Shown here piece after piece: positions 51,855-64,000 of a DNA stretch of 64,000 nt. The notes under the pieces were generated by a model that was not told the DNA's origin, did not search any database, and saw nothing but the letters and a program-made list of their open reading frames with translations. Position 1 is the first letter of the stretch, and each line of letters starts with the position of its first letter. The stretch is from Chiloscyllium plagiosum (taxonomy: Eukaryota). Location of the stretch: contig NC_057718.1 in the NCBI RefSeq assembly GCF_004010195.1, forward strand, positions 48,988,021-49,052,020, given 5' to 3'. The position numbers and the translations under genes were made by a program.

Positions 51855-52555
51855 TTATAGATCAGTTGGAAAGTTGGGCAGAGAGCTGGCAGATGGAGTT
51901 TAATCTCAACAAGTGTGAGGTGATGCTTTTTGGGTGGTCAAATGCAAGACCAAAGCATACGGTAAATGGCAGGACACTTATGAAGAAAGATCTTGGGGGG
52001 CAAGTCCATAGCTCCCTGAAAATGGCATTGCAAGTGGATATGGTGGTAAAGAAGGTGGAAGTGCATGTTATTAGTCGGGACATTGAATATAAAAGTTGGC
52101 AATTAGTTAGGCCATATTTGGAGTACTTTGCACAGTTCTGGTTGCCACAGGAAGGATGTGGAGACTTTGGAGAAGGTGCAAAAGAGATTTACCAGGATGT
52201 TGTCAGGATTGGAGTCTATTAGTCATGAGGAGAAGTTGGATGAACTTGGAATGTTTCGCTAGAGCATCGAAGGCTGCGGGTCTACCTGATAGAAGTAAAT
52301 AAAATTATGAGGCCTGGATAGGCAGGACAGTATGAGTCCTTTTCCAGAATCGAAATGTCAAATACAAGATGGAAGGCGTAGGTTTAAGATGAGAGGGGGA
52401 AAGTTTAAAGAAGATTTGCAAGGCAAGTTTTTTTACACAGTGTGATAGTTCCTTGAATGCTGTGCCAGCAAAGGTGGTAGAAACACATACCAAAGTTTAT
52501 GACACATTTAGACAGACACATGAACAAGCAGAAACTAGAGGGATACAGATCATGT
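51855..52555 (+). mobile_element. CR1 LINE 3' region (tail probably resumes at ~53565-53660)
   Basis: WAESWQMEFNLNKCEVMLFG, LVRPYLEYFAQFW. Confidence 0.88.
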
Positions 52556-53475
52556 GCAGTCGTGGAGGAAATGGTGTCTATGGAATGCAGGTAACGGTGA
52601 GGAGAGAAATATATCCCTGGTGGTGGGGTCTGTTTGTAGGTGGCAGAAATGGCGGAGGATGATATGATTAATCCGGAGGTTGGTGGGGTGGAAAATGATC
52701 AGGGGGGTTCTGTTCTTGTTGCAATTGGAAGGATGGGGTTCAAGGGTGGAAGTGAAAGATGTGGAGGAAATGGGCTCTTCCCTTACCTCCATTCATGGCC
52801 CCAAAAGACCTTTCTACATCAGACAGAGATTTACCTGTACTTCCACCGTGTCCATTGCTCTTGATGTGGTCTCCTCTACATTGACAGGAAGCCAACTTGC
52901 AGAGCGTTTCAGATCACACCTCTGGGACACATGCACTAAACAATCCCACCACCCTGTGGCCGAACACTTTAGCCCACCTTCCCACTCCACCAAAGAAGTG
53001 CATGTCCTGGGCCTCCTCCACTGCCAAACTCTAGCCACCCGATGCCTGGAGGAAGAATGCCTCATCTTCCACCTTGGAACCCTCCAATGACATGGGATTA
53101 AAGTGGATTTCACCAGTTCCATCATTTCCCCTCCCTCCACCTTTTTCCCAGAATCAACCTTCCAACCTGGCACCACCCTTTTGAACTGTCCCACTTGTCC
53201 ATCTTTCTTCTCACCTCTCCGCTCCAGCGTCCTCTCTGACCTAACACTTTTACCCCACCTTCATCTACCTATCACATTCCCAACTACCTTCCCCAGCCTA
53301 CACTCCTACCATTTATCTCTCAGCCTCCTTGGGCCACCCCATATTCCTGATGAAGAGCTTATGCTTGAAATGTCAACTTTCCTGCTCCTCGGATGCTGCC
53401 TGACCGGCTGTACTTTTCCAGCACCACACGTTTTGACTCTGATCTCCAGCATCAGCAGTCCTCACTTTCTCCTGA
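52555..53475. mobile_element. Penelope-like element (family A) with inverted 5' segment
   Basis: Minus segment ~52555-52770. The plus segment carries GIY-YIG (QLAERFRSHLWD, RCLEEECLIFHLGTLQ) and a hammerhead ATTC-CTGATGA-A-GAGC TTAT GCTT-GAAA-TGTC at 53343-53378. Confidence 0.88.
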
Positions 53476-54071
53476 AAGTTTATAAGTTGCAGAAGCCCTC
53501 TTATTACTTAAAGTTACTTGGATGTTTGCTGAAAGAGCTGTAACACCCATTGAAAGCAACCTAGGGATGGAAAATGGGATTAGGTTGGCTGGTTCCTTGC
53601 TTGTCAGATGGACACAATGGACTGAGTGATCTCTCCCTCATGCTGTAATTTTGTTTAGATGCAATGATGATTCAGGCCCACACAACCATGACAATAGTCA
53701 CTATGGGAATCACAATATAAACAGCAGCGGTTGGTGGAGAGGTACCGGCAGGTCACCCAGATAAAGTTAAATTTAAAGTTAAAGCCTGATGTTCAATTTG
53801 GAATGACCTTGGACTGAATCTGTTGTAAACATGTGCCACAGCCAATTGCTGGCATTTTGTGTGAGCCCTTGGAATTGATGGTGGAAAGTAGCATTGAAGA
53901 TAAAGTGGGTGGCTACCTCATGTAACAGATCCTTAGATAATTCCACAGAGTCACCTAACCCAACCATTCACATAATAAATAAAGCCTAAGGCTGTTGAAG
54001 ACAGACCTAAACTAGCGAGGTTTTTCTGAATTCATATTCAATATTTGCTGCTTAAATAACAATAAACATTA

Positions 54072-54818
54072 GGTTGCAGTTGTTGTGGTTATGTTTGCTG
54101 AGCTCGGAGGTTGGCTTGCAGATGTTTTGTCCCTTTTCTAGGTGACATCCTTAGTGCTGAGGAGCCTCCTGTGAAGCACTGTTGTACTGTGTCGGTTGCA
54201 ATTTATTTGGTTTCGTTCCCACTGCTTCCAGTTGCTGGTTCCAGTTGTTTGTTGTAGTGGTTGGCCTATAGGGCCGATGTCAATACGTTTATTGGTGGAG
54301 TCCGTGGATGAGTGCCATGCTTCTCTGGCTGTCCTGTTTGGCTTGCCCTATAATTGTTGTGTTGTCCCAGTTGAATTTGTGGTCCTTGATGTCTGTAAGT
54401 ATAACTACTAGGGACAGCTGTTTGTGGCGTTTAGTGGCTAGTTGTTGTTCATGAATGTGGATCACTAGTTGTCTCCTGTCACTGACTCCAACAATAATAC
54501 GGCAAGCCAAACAGAGGATAGCCAGAGAATTTCTAGAAGCACAGCACTCATCTACGGACTCCATCAATAAATGCAAAGACGTAGACCCAATATCCCGACC
54601 ACTGAAACAAACAACCAGAACAGACAACCGGAAGCAGTGGGAACAAAACCAAATAAATTCCAACCAACACAGTACAGCAGATCACAGAAGGCTGCACAGC
54701 ACTGAGGGTGTCACCTAGAAAGGGGACTAAACATCAGCAAACCAACTTCCCAGCTCAGCGAACATACCCACAATAACTGCAACCGGGATCCAAGCTACAA
54801 ATCTTGACACAAACCTTG
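54072..54818. mobile_element. Penelope-like element (family D) with inverted arms
   Basis: Arms ~54073-54350 and ~54490-54784. GIY-YIG C-terminus HKFNWDNTTIIGQAKQ..AREFLEA.HSSTDSINK. Decayed hammerheads at ~54117-54156 (-) and ~54699-54743 (+). TSD AATAAACATTA / AATAAAAATTA. Confidence 0.88.
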
Positions 54819-56419
54819 AATAAAAATTAGAAACAAAGAAGATATGAAGGCTAATCACAGTTCTTTGTAAATGTAGTGATTGTTTTAAAGCATGGTTGAA
54901 TTTCCACAAATATTTTCACAATTGGCCATTGTAGTCTTGGTGGTAGATCTATGAAAGGTCAGGAAAAATAGTGCAAATGATAAGCAATGTTAAAAATAGA
55001 AAATTCAGTTGGTATAGTTCTTAATGTGTAGGGCCATTCTCAGGATAATTTAGAAAGAGTTCTGAATTGTACTTGATCTGCATTACATCTGACCTGGAAA
55101 ATTAATTTGTTGAGTGCATAGTGCTTCAATTCTTGTATAGTGTCCATTGAAATTGAAATGAAAATAGCCACACACAGACATAAAGTGTATGAATATTTGG
55201 GCCCTCAAAATACTGATATGCAGAAAGCTAAGTTGGACTTGATCGTAAACCTACCTTCTTTGGTATTCTGTTTGCAGTAACTAGGGCGTTTCAAAAGAGT
55301 AAACTGTGAAAAATGTCTTAGGTGGAAGAAAATTAATCCACATCTGCTGAGAAAGCAAGAAAACTAATATTCTTTTAAAATATGTCAGCTGCAAGCTCTG
55401 GCCTTTCTAAGAAGTCGACCCTGAATTTTGAGATTGTTGCCTATCCTCTCAAGAGCATAAACGATGTAATAAGATATAACCGTCTTTCTCCAAGGTTAGA
55501 ACTTTTCTAGATGCTCAGCCTAAGTGATACTTATACTTACAGGTGAAAACAGTGCAAAATATTTTCATTGAGCAATTGAATATCAATACAATGATTTCAA
55601 TAATCTGCTGGTTTATATTTGACACATAACAAGATTTCTATACTAAGTCTACTTTCCAGCTAGTGAACTCACTCCCCAGTGAAGCAACATCATTGGGCAT
55701 TATTTAAGGGTTATGTCAGATAGGTGTCCATGCTGAGTAACAGGACAGTTCCCTGTAGTGCCTTTTTACCTCTGGACACATATTTGGACTAAATCCAGAC
55801 AAAAGTCAAACCTCTACTCCAACAAATGAATGCAGCAGTTTTGAGTCTTGACAACCTCAGTTAAGTACCCATTGAACTTAGATTCACTATTGCAAAAAGC
55901 ACTGCATGAAATCTCCATTAAATGTTCATAACCTGTTTCTGGCAAATCACTTATACAGAATGTATGTCCTGTGCTCTAACGTTTTACAAAGGATTTTATT
56001 GTCTTGTAAACATCCCCATTTGGAGCCCTGAGCATATGTGATGATAAGGGGTGATTATCTTATTGTATTAATTTGTGTATTTACTGAAAGGTTTACCTTA
56101 AACTCAGGAGAATTTAATGGGACAAAGGGCAAGGCACTGCACAAATCATCTTTAAGCTGCTCTATGGGTTGATAAATGGTATGCGATACTTCTCAGTTAA
56201 TGGAACATTTGAAGACCGATGTATTCTGGATCTGCATCCTCACCACCGACCCCGTAATAATTGATCAGATTTATTATAAAATCAAAACTAAACATTAATT
56301 TACAGAAAAAAACTCATTTTCTTAATTCATTTTTCTCTGTGATCTGTTCTATATGGCTGCTGTTGTGTTTCCTCTTTCAGCTGTATCGGTTCAACTAGTA
56401 CATCTTAAACAATGGACTC

Positions 56420-57215
56420 TTCTCCCAAACCAACTCATTCATTATATTTCCCCACCAATCTACCTTTGATTCAGTCCACTGCCTGATTAGTATGCTGTCT
56501 ATTTGAAAACATTGGATCAGTTTGCCTACAACACCCACCTCTCTACTTCCCTTGACCAGCTTTGTTGACAAACTGCCCAAATGACATCACTGTGAGTTCA
56601 ACAAAGCTTTTTACAATTGAACACTGCAAAGTCCAATGTGATTGTTTGAACCCTCACACAAAATCCTGCTCCCTGATAGCTGATCCTCTCAAAGGCTTGC
56701 TCTGCTTAAATCTGACTGAATGTGATTGTGATGCTCTATTATAGGTATGAGTTCAAATGCCATATTCTACCTATCAATATGTCTTCTCACGTTTACTTCA
56801 TCAACTTTACTTACTTCCGCCATTGTCTTCCCTTTACACCTCTTATTACCAAAATCCCTATCCTTATCTCCTGCCTCTAATCTCTGTTAACTTCCTTGTT
56901 CTAGGCCGAGTTGCTCCATAATTTCCATCTTCACAGACCTACCACTCCAAGTACTCGATAAATTGAACTTAAAATCCTTATCATCATTTAGAAAGCCGTC
57001 TGTAACAATGCCTCATTTTCAGAATGGTTTGCTGATCTTTCAGCCTCTTTCATTTCCTCCAATCCTTCATTCTCATCTCTTATTATTTGCCCCTTCCTCA
57101 GTTCTATTGTTAGTTGTGAAACCATTGGTAAATCTCTACAGAGTTCTGAGTTCTTGGGAATTCTCTGCTTCTGCAGCAACAACAAATTATATTTATATAA
57201 ACCTCCAATGTAGTT
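56420..57215 (+). mobile_element. ancient L2 fragment(s)
   Basis: FLQLNTAKSNVIV (L2 'FLQLNxxKTExI'), KLNLKSL, and an L2-like 3' end. A short minus-strand L2 piece follows at ~57215-57380. Confidence 0.55.
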
Positions 57216-58389
57216 AACTGCTCTGAGGTACTTCATAGCTGCATTAGCAAGCAACATTTGGCACAAATTCAAATAAGGAGATGTTAGGACAGGTGACCAA
57301 ATGCATGGACAAAGAGGTCAGATTTAAGGAAAGTCCTAAATGGGGAAAGGTAGAACTACAGCGAAGTTGAAAGAGGAAATTGTGTTTTCTTTTGGGTCAA
57401 AACTCATTCCCTCAACCAAGATTTTGACTACCTGAACTTGCACTCCTCCAAGTCCAAACCACTTAAGTAAATTGTGAATGTTTCCAAAATGGATCCTTTT
57501 GGAATACCACTTCCTGTTTTGCTCGTCTGACTACGACACTCAGCTCCTACTCCCTGCATATAACTGGCATGCTCTCCTTTTTCTCATTATAACAGGGTTG
57601 TACACGGCATTTTCAGCAATAATTTATTCATGATTCTGTGTGAACTAACATAACTTCTCTTCCTTTAAATTCTAATGTTCTATAATATAGCCCCAATTCT
57701 CCTTTAGCATATTTTTATGAGTTTGTTAACCTGTGCTGCTACTCGTAATAATTTAAGATTGGCCACTATGAATTCCTAAACTCACAGGTTCTAATGTAGA
57801 TAAAGCTTGCTAAGCATAACAGTGCACTTCAAATGTAGACATGACATGATTCAAAAATATAATAATTCCCTTCATTGACTAATGTGAAAAATAAACCAAG
57901 AAGAGAAATAAACTACTTTTCAAATAAATAGCTTCCATTATTTTCTAATATAAGGATTCTTGAGTTAATTTTAGTTGAATTTCAATTAGTGGTTTATATA
58001 AAACTCTTCAGCCAATAATTTTTCTGGCAATGCCTAAGATAAAATTGAATGGCTATTTATTGATTAATATGAATTTCATTCAATTTACTCTTTTCATAGA
58101 TACATCCCAGGGATACAGATGAACAATGGCTGCAGTTTCATGTGATATGACATCCAGTAATAATTTCCATTCTGTATTTCCATGCTGAGTTAGGAAGAAT
58201 TGTTGTAGCTTTAATGACTCATCCATTCCACAGATTGTGCTAGAACAATATTCATTTTCCCCACGAGTTCAGCTCAATTTGAATGCTTCGGCATTGTTGA
58301 AGCTTGCAATCACTGGAGGCATGATAGCTGATTGTCATCCATTCAAATCTTACATACACATGCTCCACATGATCACAAGTGGTTACAGT

Positions 58390-59470
58390 ACAGAAGTTAA
58401 CCATTTTGCTGATTGTCTCAGTGCTGGTCTTGATAAGAAGCAATTCACCTCAAGCCACTAGCCTGCTTTTCCCCTGCAGCCTTGTATGTTTTCCTATTGT
58501 TGATAATGATTCTCTTTTGAGAACTTCAGTTGTCCCTGCCTCGACCACAAAAACCAAATATTCCAAATCCTAACTACTTGCTACTTGAAAAGGTTTACCT
58601 TCATGTTGGCACTCCTTCCTTTGCTTTAAGTCTGTGCCAAAAAGTATGGTGCTGGAAAAGACAGCAGGTCAGGCAACATCAGAGGAACAGGAGAGTTGAT
58701 GTTTCAGGCATAAGCCCTTCATTAGGAGTATGGGAGTGGGGGGGAGAAGGGGGCTGAGAGATAAATAGGAGGCTGGGGTTGGAGTGGGGGGAAGGTATTT
58801 GGGAAGGCAATAGGCAGATATAGGTGGGGGTGATGATGAGGGGAAGGTGGAGTTGATATGTGGGAAGAAAGGTGGACAGGTAGGGCAGTTCAAGAGGGCA
58901 GTGCCTGGTTGAAGGGTTGGATTTGGGATGAGATGGGGGGAGGGGAGATTAGGAAACTGAAGTCGTTGTTGAAGTCTTTTAAGTCCGTGCCCTCTAGTTT
59001 TTCATTTTTTTTCAATAATGAGAGCTGTTTCTCCCTGTGTGTAGATCCCGTATAGTTTTAAAAATGTTATCAATTTCCCATTTCCCAACTTCTCCAAACT
59101 GTCACTATAACTGAAGTTTCTCACCCTGGAACTATTCTCATGACACAGTTCTGTACTCTGTCTAATGCCTTTACATATTTCTGGGAAAACCCCCACCCAG
59201 AACTGAATACAATATTCCATTCAAAACTAAACCAGAGTCTTCATTGCTCTTGTATTCTATGCTCCTATGGCTAAAGCCTTGGGTGCCATATGCATTATTC
59301 ACACTCTCTCAACCTGATCTGCTCCAGTGATGACTTATGCATGTATACTGTACATGTAGGTATCTCTGATCGTCCACCCTCTTATAATCTTTATTTGAGA
59401 TTAACTGCATTCTTCCTACTGAAATGTATCACTTCACACTTCTCAATGTTAAAATTAATCTGCCTCTTAC
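58390..59470 (-). mobile_element. old CR1 3' region, interrupted by the PLE at 58639-58977
   Basis: ORF 59002-59220 (MEYCIQFW...NFSYSDSLEKLG). Confidence 0.7.
58639..58977 (-). mobile_element. family A Penelope terminus with 14-bp TSD
   Basis: TSD TTTAAGTCTGTGCC (58625-58638) and TTTAAGTCCGTGCC (58978-58991). Decayed hammerhead at ~58693-58728. Confidence 0.85.
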
Positions 59471-59559
59471 CAGAATATAAGGAACAGGAGGACTGCACAA
59501 ACTCACACAACAGACATGATAAGGGTATAAGGGAACAAAAATCTCCTGATTGGTCTTCC

Positions 59560-59910
59560 TTTGTCTCTTCAGCTGAGGGATTCCCATCTAGTATGGTTGA
59601 CAGGGTCCATCCCTATGTCTGATCCATTTCACACATTTTTGCTATCACCCTTTCCCCTCTACCCAGAATTATGGTAGGGTTCTCCTTGTCAACCCCATCT
59701 TCAATCCCACCGGCCTGCTTATTGAATAGATCATTCCCCACCATTTTGTCAGCTCCAGCATGATGTCACCATCTCATGCTGTTTTTTCATTTCTCCTAGT
59801 CTCCACTTCTAGCATTCTGAGTGGAGGGACTGTGCCCTCCATGGCTCAATGGTATTCTCCCCAGTCACCCCTATCATTCCCTCCCTTCTCATGCAAGTGC
59901 AAAAGTCGCA
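59560..59910 (+). mobile_element. Penelope-like element internal fragment
   Basis: Similar to the minus arm at 37100-37500 (RVxLVxxFHPT..xI..II..HF..LQ.D). Confidence 0.65.
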
Positions 59911-60780
59911 ATGTCTATTATGCTATGTCTCTCAGTCAATATATCAGTCTATCTTTAAGAGGCATGCTCATGATATCTTGGCATGTGACCTGAGGGTATA
60001 AAGATCACAGATTCATCTTAACTTGGTCCATTTGAAAATGTGCTTTCTTTGCAGCCGAGTACCTTAATGTCAGCCAGACACTTTTGTGCCTGTGAATCTA
60101 ATGTCTATTTTTAACAGTGAGTTGTCATAAATGTTCTGCTAAATTCTGCAACACCACATTACCTGTGTCTAAATTCTTATGTTAGGGAAGATGGCTTGCA
60201 TTGGCTTTTGATTCCAGCATGTCCTCTAGCTTTCTTAATGCAAATCACACAAAAGGGGTTTTGGCAGGGTTACTAAACTCCTATGCTCTGTTCTCAGAGT
60301 CACAGCCCCATCCAGCATGAGATTGGCAAATGTGTCCTCTCAAAGGAAAGCAAACAGTTGCTCACCAATGACAATCTCAACTAATGCCTCTGTTGATGCC
60401 AAATAACCATCTGGCCCGGACCGCAGGTAAGCTCTCGATAGCCAGAAATTCTCAACATCTTCCACCACAGGAACCCTTAATGCAGCTGCAGCAGCTGTCC
60501 ACCTCCTTTTCTGTAGTTATCACAGATGCAGCTCTCAGGAGTACTGGAATAAATGAACCACCATAGAAGATAAATGCTTAGGTCTTCCACAGGAGAGATG
60601 TTCAATTCTTAATTTCAGTGTAAACAAGAATAAATGGGGAGTGATATTGGAAGAAAATTGATTTATAAGGAGATCAGAGTGATATTCATGGCCAAACGCA
60701 GTACAATAGATCTTTTGGCACTCGTCTTCAATTCCAGGGTGCATTGGTGACAGAGCTTAGGTACAACCTCACAGAGGTTT

Positions 60781-61060
60781 TGATTAGATTCTCTACAGTG
60801 TGGGCCAACGACCCTCCAAAGAATTACCCACCCAGGCTCAATCCCTACCTTATATTCACCCCTGACTAATGCACCAAACACTATGGGCAATTTAGCGTGG
60901 CCAATTCACCTAACCTACACATCTTTGAATTGTGGGAGGAAACCCACACAGACACGGGGAGAATGTGCAAACACCACACAGACAGTCACCGAGGGTGGAA
61001 TCGAACCTGAGTCCCTGGTGCTGTAAGGCAGCAGTGCTAACCACTGAGCCACTGTTCCGC
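60781..61060 (-). mobile_element. V-SINE (HE1-like)
   Basis: A and B boxes, V-domain, TAATC tail. Confidence 0.9.
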
Positions 61061-61359
61061 GCAGGTGTCTGAAATTTCTTGCTCTGAGAAAATGAAATCA
61101 GAAATCCAGTTTCTGGAAGCGTTTATAATGTAAAGCCTCCATCAACTTCATCTTGTAATCTGTGTATCCTTCTTTAATCTTCCTTGATGTGGCACTGCTG
61201 CCATTCTTTTTAGGATCTCAAACATGGACTAAAAAGAGTACACCTGGTCCAACAACATCAGGAGGTAATCCTTTCAATGAGTACACAACCTCCCAGAATT
61301 AGTCTTCAAGTTGAGTTCAATAAGCCAAATAACCTGTTAAACTCCTATAGATTTTAAAA

Positions 61360-62760
61360 ATTCTTTCATAGGATTTAGGTGTCAGTTATAAAGCCAGCAA
61401 TTGTTAGTCCTCCCTCATTGCACTTGAAAATATAGCGGTGATCTGAGCTCTTCAAGTGCTACACTTTAGCTAGGTCAGGTACAATGGACTGGGAAGGGAG
61501 TTCAGGTTTTTGGCCCTGTGACTGTGAAGGAAAGATGATAGTTTTCCAAATCAAACACCATGGTGACTCTTTGGAGCTGGGTTAGTGAGTGGTACAAATG
61601 GGGTAGTGGCAGAGGTGTTCATGGTGTAACTTGCCATAATTAATGCCCATGCATTTGCTGCCCTTATCCTTCTCAGTGTAAGAGGTCACTGATTGGAATG
61701 TGCTGTATAAGGAGTGCATTCTTGGTGACTGCATCTTGTATATAGTACTCACTGCTGCCATTGTGCATCAGTGTCAGAGGGACTGAATGTTTAAGGTGGT
61801 GGGTTGGATGTGGATCACAGGGGCTCTTTATCCTGAATGGTGTGGAATTTCCTGAATACTATTGGAGCTGCCCTGATCCAGACAAGTGAAAAGTACTTCA
61901 TCACACTCCTGACTTGTGCCTTGTAGATGGTGGACAGGATTTGGAATGGTCAGAAGATGAGTTATTCATTGCAGAATTCCCTACCAGAGATTAGCTCTTG
62001 TCACTATTTTAACATGGCTGATCTAGTTCAGTCAATGGTAACCTCTAAGATGTTGATAGTGGGTACTCAGTGATGCTAATATAATCAGTTGTTAGGGATT
62101 AGATTCTCCCTTATTGGAGATGGCCATTGCCTGCTACTTAATGGGCACAAATCTTACTTGCCACTGAATCAGCTTAAATCAGCCTTCATTCCTGATGATT
62201 TGGAGATGCCGGTGTTGGACTGGGGTGTACAAAGTTAAAAATCACACAATACCAGATTATAGTCCAACAGGTTTGTTTGGAAGCATTAGCTTTCGGAGCA
62301 CTGCTCCTTCACCTGATGACTATTAGACTATAACTTGGTGTTGTGTGATTTTTAACTTCATTCCTGATGAAGGGGTTTTGCCTGAAACTTCAATTGTCCT
62401 GCTCCTGATGCTGCCTGACCTGCTGTGCTTTTCCACTCTCGACTCTAATCTCCAGTATCTGCAGTCCTCACTTCAGTCTCAACCAAAGTCTTGTTCAAGT
62501 CTTGTAGTGAGTGGGACTGAGGTGATTTGCCCTCCAACATTTATAATCATCTCCCTTTGTTCTCAGTTTGAGTCCAACCAATGGGGTTTTCCCCAAGATG
62601 CCCATTGCCATTTTAGGGCTCCTTCATGTCATACAATGTCAAATGCTGCGTTGATCTCATGGACACTTACTCTCACCTCCCGCCCTGAGTTCAGTTCTTT
62701 TGTCCTTGTAATAAGGTCAGAAGCTGAATTGCTCCTGCGGAACTCAAACTGAATATAAAG
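61360..62760 (-). mobile_element. unassigned CR1/Jockey-group LINE 3' region hosting nested PLEs
   Basis: SGREVRVSVHEINAAFDIV and IYKAQVRSVMKY motifs; same family as 33505-35330. Confidence 0.82.
62184..62475. mobile_element. family A Penelope terminus containing a family B insertion (62199-62355)
   Basis: 15-bp TSD CTTCATTCCTGATGA at 62184-62198 and 62356-62370. The insert has inverted arms homologous to 7261-7634. Confidence 0.85.
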
Positions 62761-63815
62761 GTTATGCGCATGTCAAAAGCCAAAGGTCCTTGGAAAATGG
62801 TGGGAGGCAGTGTAGTACATAACAGGTGAAGACTAACCGCAGATTGCCCACAATCCTTTCATTCATTCTTTCTGTAAAAACATTTTATTTATTTTACAAT
62901 TCTGTCATCAATTGCACTCTGCACCTGGAGTGTGAAGTAAATGATCTTAAATTATTCCATGCTACTGACTTGATTTGTTAAGAGATCAAAAGTATTTTCC
63001 TGAGTTCTACACAGATTTTCTGCCACTTACAGTGACTCACAGCCAATAATATGAACTGTATTAAACTGCCCAGCTGAAAGTATGTTGTGACTTTCGCTAA
63101 CCCCTTTTCCATCCATTGTATTCATGGATGTCTCTATGCTGTTATTTCTCTTTATAAAGCCCTGCCTTTAGCTTTGCTTTCTGTAGCTTGAATCTTTGCT
63201 GTTGGTCATTTAATGTTACATTTCAATTAAAAATTAACCACTGCTGATGGTATGCAAACATTTTGTAATTATGCAATACTTTGACATCTAAATAGGTAAA
63301 AAATATTACACAATGGGATGAAAGACGTCTCTAGAATGGATATTAGAGTGTAATCATGAAGCACAGAAGGGGAGAATTTGAACCATTGCATCTATAGTAG
63401 ATAGCAAAAGCAGACGAGATTCCTGGTCAGCCCTGTGGTGTGAAGAAATTGAAGCCCCACTGTCACTATCCGCAGCTTCAGGTCACAACATGGAAGTGAA
63501 GTGTACATTTCCTTCCAAAACTCGGGTGGGCCAGTGGCTAATCAACTGGTGTGGATCAGTTTGAACCTTATTCTAGCTGCAGTGAGTTCAAGACCTGCCT
63601 TTTGCCCTAACTGTGGTAGACATATCAGTGGGCAGTGACATGAAGACAGCCATGTTTACATTTCATTGACACATTTAAATCAGCTTCCCATACAATCATT
63701 GCAAGCCAGACTAAAACATTACTGTTGCTAGGGTGAGTTTTTCGAGTTCAGTTAACCTGCAGAAAAAGAAAGCACAAGCTATGAGCATTTTGAATCTCAC
63801 CTTTAGTTGAAGAAT

Positions 63816-64000
63816 TATAGAATCTTATCACTGTCAAAACAGGCCATTCAGCCCATTGGGTCCTCACTGACATTCTGAAGAGCATCCCACCAATCCCTGG
63901 GACCCTACATTTATCATGGCTAATCCACCTAATCTGCATACTATGGGCAATTTAGCATTACCAATCCACCTACTCTGCATATCTTTGGACTGTGGGAAAA
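63816..64000 (-). mobile_element. V-SINE (HE1-like), running off the window end
   Basis: Tail and body match the other copies. Confidence 0.85.

Overview
This is eukaryotic, repeat-dense vertebrate DNA. The repeat families (HE1-like V-SINEs, abundant CR1 LINEs, Penelope-like elements) point to a cartilaginous fish, probably a shark; that assignment is inference. I recognise no complete host gene, rRNA, tRNA gene or CRISPR array. Most of the supplied ORFs are decayed retrotransposon reading frames or chance frames. The window holds fragments of CR1, L2, RTE, Rex1/Babar, Tx1 and an unassigned CR1/Jockey-group LINE, two tRNA-headed SINE families, Tigger/pogo-like and Harbinger DNA-transposon remnants, and many Penelope-like elements (PLEs). 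The most notable signal is at least five sequence families of minimal hammerhead-ribozyme motifs carried by PLE termini. These include a head-to-tail ribozyme pair inside a young hairpin insertion and one insertion that landed on another element's catalytic core. PLE insertions repeatedly show inverted architecture and 11-15 bp target-site duplications (TSDs). I also found a local 214-bp inverted duplication, an ~90-bp dispersed duplication, two eroded minisatellites, and a weakly supported set of phase-compatible minus-strand candidate exons. Repeat boundaries were read by eye and are approximate unless a TSD or splice site is quoted.
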